A stretch of 64,000 nt of DNA. It comes from Raillietiella orientalis. Taxonomy: Eukaryota. Positions within the stretch are counted from its first letter, which is position 1. Each line of letters opens with the position of its first letter. A program made the position numbers and the translations under genes. Shown here piece by piece: positions 60,730-64,000 of the stretch. The DNA lies in the NCBI GenBank assembly GCA_036172245.1, contig JAYWIR010000076.1, forward strand, positions 310,001-374,000. Direction: 5' to 3'. Below the pieces are notes generated by a model. The model had not been told where the DNA came from. It saw only the letters and a program-made list of their open reading frames with translations, and did not search any database.

Positions 60730-61685
60730 TGCAGATTTGAAGAATATAAAGCAGATGAGTGATGAATCTTTTCTGAGGGATAATATTGATGAAGTGATGG
60801 TTTGATTTCCCTAATCATGTGAGTATTGAAAATGATGAAATTAGCATTGAGAGGAGAATTTTTTTTGTAGGGTAGTAGTGAGAGGATGGAAGGGTTGGAA
60901 GTTTGTATATTGGTAAGGTGGTTAGGATAAGAATACCGGAGATTAGGGCGATTACTCCTTCTAGCTTGTTGTCTAGGGATCGATCGTAGAATAGTGTGAG
61001 TGAATCATCTGGGTTGAATGTGCGTAGGAGTTACCAGGGGGCTGAAGAGCATGAGATTTTCTTCGGATATGAATATGTGAGGGAAAAAGGTGGATGTAAG
61101 GAGGAAGAGTGTGGCGGATGGTAGAAGACCTGTTAGGTCTTTCATGATGAAGAATGTTCGGAAGGGGAGCACGTCTAGGTTTCCCTTGGTTCCTAGAGGG
61201 TTTGAAGAGAAGCTTTTTTGGAAAAAAAATAGATGTGATGGGGAGATGATTACTATAACGAAGGGTGAGATGAAGTGTAGGGAAAAAGATCGATTAAGAG
61301 TAAGGTTGGAGACGAATAAATTTCCTCATAAAAAGGAGATGATGTGTTGTCCAATGAAAGGAACGATGATGTTATTATTAGTAAGATAAAAAGAAGTAAT
61401 CCCGATATTTAGGTTGTAATATTTTTATAAAAGGAGTATAATGCGCGGAAGGTGTGCAGGTGGATTGCTATGAAAAATAGGGAGGCCGCGTGGGCGTGAA
61501 GTACCGCCTAAGTCATCCGTTGCTGGAATTGTGTATTATATTGATGATTGATGAAAACGCTTCTGCACTATGGGGGGCGAAATGTGCGGAGATGATAATG
61601 CCTGTTGTTAGTTGAGTGATTAGAAAGATTCCTATTACGGAGCCTGGATTCCAAGAGTAATAGATGTTTGATGGTGTGAAATAAA
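60730..61685 (-). pseudogene. cytb: Nuclear mitochondrial segment (NUMT), cytochrome b
   Basis: TPSNIYYSWNPGSVIG...QLTTG...H...AFSS and THIQP...ILRSIP..KLEGVIAL, with frameshifts and mtDNA-like strand skew that continues to ~60400. Confidence 0.88.
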
Positions 61686-62153
61686 ACAAAAGCAGCAGAG
61701 GTTCCAGGAATAAAAAATAAAATAAAGTAACACAAGTTCTTTGATTTGGGACCACAAAATTCATTACAAACATTTAAAACAAATCCAAGTGGGGCAACAT
61801 ACCAACAAATAAAACAGACATCCACTGGGATGAGAGTGAGAATAGGAAAAAATGAGGGGAATAAAACGCCACAAGTCATCCTATTCAAATGGAGAATAAC
61901 CTAAAAGGGGACGCCTTAGATTTCGTAACAGAATCAGGGAAAAAAATCGCAATTTAATTGCATAAATTTTGATCAGAGCTTTTCCATATTCCATGAAACA
62001 TCAATTGAAGAAAGAAGGTTCGAAGGAAGCCAGCGAGGAATTAAATCTCACAAAAAATACAAGATTACCCACAATATGATGACGTCATAGGACACTATAT
62101 AGATCTGACAATCGATATCAACAGGTTCGAGTGATTCCCGCTAGATGGTAGTC

Positions 62154-63790
62154 CTAGTATTTATTGAAACCAGGATTGTGAAAATACAATGTGATCCCTA
62201 GGAGGGTGAACAAACACTGGAGGCGCCGTGTGAGGAATTTTGCACTGAGTGTCCACAAGGTGATGAGGTCTCGAAATGCCCCTCCACACCAAGAAAGGTG
62301 GTGCAATAACGGAGACAGTGGGACAAGGGCCTTCGGTTCGGTGTTCGCCAACGGTCGTCTCGTAATGTGGTCAAAGTAGATGTGCCTTGCCTCCCGGGTC
62401 ACTGAGCACACGATTCTAAGGCGAATCACCCTCATTTCCTGTGAGCTCAGGCCCAGGCAGCTCAGGGCCGCATCGTTGTTTGGGTGCCAGCTACCCAGCG
62501 ACCCACAACGGGTGCTTCCACTTTGACCTGTCGACCCCTTGACTCGTATTCCCTCCGAACCAGTTGGTATTTGGAGAACTTGCAAGCCCGGGCTTCGTCC
62601 ATCGACGTCTTCTTGTTTTCGAACGGGATAGTCACTTCGATGATGAGCATACGAGCTTCTTCTGAAAGAGCCACAATTCCAAGACAGCCATCTTTAACAC
62701 GTCCATACATATTCGGTGGACGAGGCTTCAGTGAGGGAGAGGATGTGTTGTTTCAGAGCATCTCGAATCATTTTGTCGAATTTGGGCCATTCTTGGAAGG
62801 GTTTTGTACCTAAGCGAAGGTCATGGACATGGGAAGGAAGAAGGAACGTGTTTAAAGCGTGGAACTTCTGCCATGGAGCAATTTGCGAATGAATAATAAT
62901 TTTGAATTTGTCAGCAAAACCGGAGATATCTCCGTTGTAGAAAAAGGGTCAAAGCCAACAGATTTACCTGTGAGTATTTGTAATTTTCATGATGGTATCG
63001 CTTCTCCGTATATAATGAAAGGGGAGGGGATGACTTGCGGGGGGGAAGTAACCAAGTGAAAAGACCTACACAGTCTTTGGGTTAACTTGAAGACCAAGTG
63101 AAGAAGCAGAGTTGTTGAGGAATGTTACTGCAAGTTGAAGGTCTTGAAGCACACTAGAAGTAAGGGCAACATCGTCTGCGTACATAAGGGGCATTACATT
63201 GGAAAAGGATTGTATCATTAATTGAATAACGGGTTCCAGAGACATTTCAAATAAAAGACCGCTATGTGGAGATCCTTGCTTAACACCAGCTCGGATGTAG
63301 ATAGGATCCAAGAGTTCCCCTAATGCACAAATTTGTGTGAAGGACTAATCATAAAGGTTTTTGATAATGGCAAGAAATTCCTTACCTATATCATAATGAT
63401 GTAAGGAGAAAGAGATGAGGGCGTGAGGAATGTAAGAAAAGGCATTCTTAAAGTACAACCAGCGAATGCAGAGGTTTTGATGGTGTACTCTGGAAGAGGG
63501 TACCAACGACGATAGCATCGTTGAGAACTTGGGGGCCTTGGGATTCCAGAAATTGCTTCTACTGACGACAGTTGGTCTGTTTCGTTTCTCGGACCGATTT
63601 CAAGTCTATGGAGGATCTTCATATGTAACCACAAGATCTAAAAGTGAGGCATGGGTCTGATCTCTCAGAAAGAGATCAAGACGAAGGGTTGAGTGGGAAT
63701 CAGGAATGCGGCGATCACTCAAAGAAATGGGCCATAGGGGAAGTATATGAAGGATTGCGTAAATTGTACTGACCTTCCCAATATTGGGCA
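62154..63790 (-). mobile_element. Chimeric RLE-type retroelement fragments
   Basis: 62664-~63490 duplicates 40222-~41050 (offset 22442). 62154-62660 is a different RLE C-terminus (IIEVTIPFEN...KFSKY) ending in AATAAA. 63500-63790 resembles 39270-39550. Confidence 0.85.
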
Positions 63791-64000
63791 AAAATGTATT
63801 TCAAATGTCGTAATAAAAACTTTCTAAAAAAGAATAACAACCCATAGGAATAAGCTTTTCCTTATCCCCTGTCAACGATCCACGTGAATACCACCTTGGT
63901 ATGAATATCTCGTTGCCAATTCCGACGTTCCTATTCTGAACCAAAGTCATACTCGGCTGTGGATCAGTAAACCATATATTAGAGCCCCTTTACTCCAGAA

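Noticed and set aside
61513..61773. Functional cytb or mitochondrial contig
   Set aside because: It is frameshifted and embedded in nuclear repeats.

Overview
Eukaryotic, probably arthropod, genomic DNA (inferred from the gene family, 47-bp introns and an animal cytb NUMT). Bases 1-23.3 kb are a GC-rich nest of ten pieces (labelled A-I here) of L1/Tx1-clade non-LTR retrotransposons from at least four related families. Reading the junctions shows they insert into each other at fixed positions. The D family (D, E) inserts antisense into the RT 'KAFD' codons (12-bp TSD CAA[A/G]GCGTTCGA). Family C inserts antisense into D-family ORF1 (8-bp TSD ACGACAAC, twice in tandem). B and F insert sense into a second D-family ORF1 site (CCTCCA[A/C]GGC). 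A and H hit the B-type endonuclease gene. The nesting order G>F>E>(C1>D; C2; B>A) shows reciprocal targeting. All families share a 5' GGACGTGTT motif and a 3' AATAAA-CCCGG-loop-CCGGG hairpin. The rest of the window is AT-richer. It holds decayed L1 and RLE-type (R2/NeSL/Utopia-like) retroelements, an intact 7-exon secreted CUB-domain gene (minus strand, 47266-51424) facing a decayed paralog, a hAT/Charlie-like transposon, a 28S rRNA pseudogene fragment, a cytb NUMT and a recent chimeric duplication of an RLE element. Percent identities are by-eye estimates; no searches were run.
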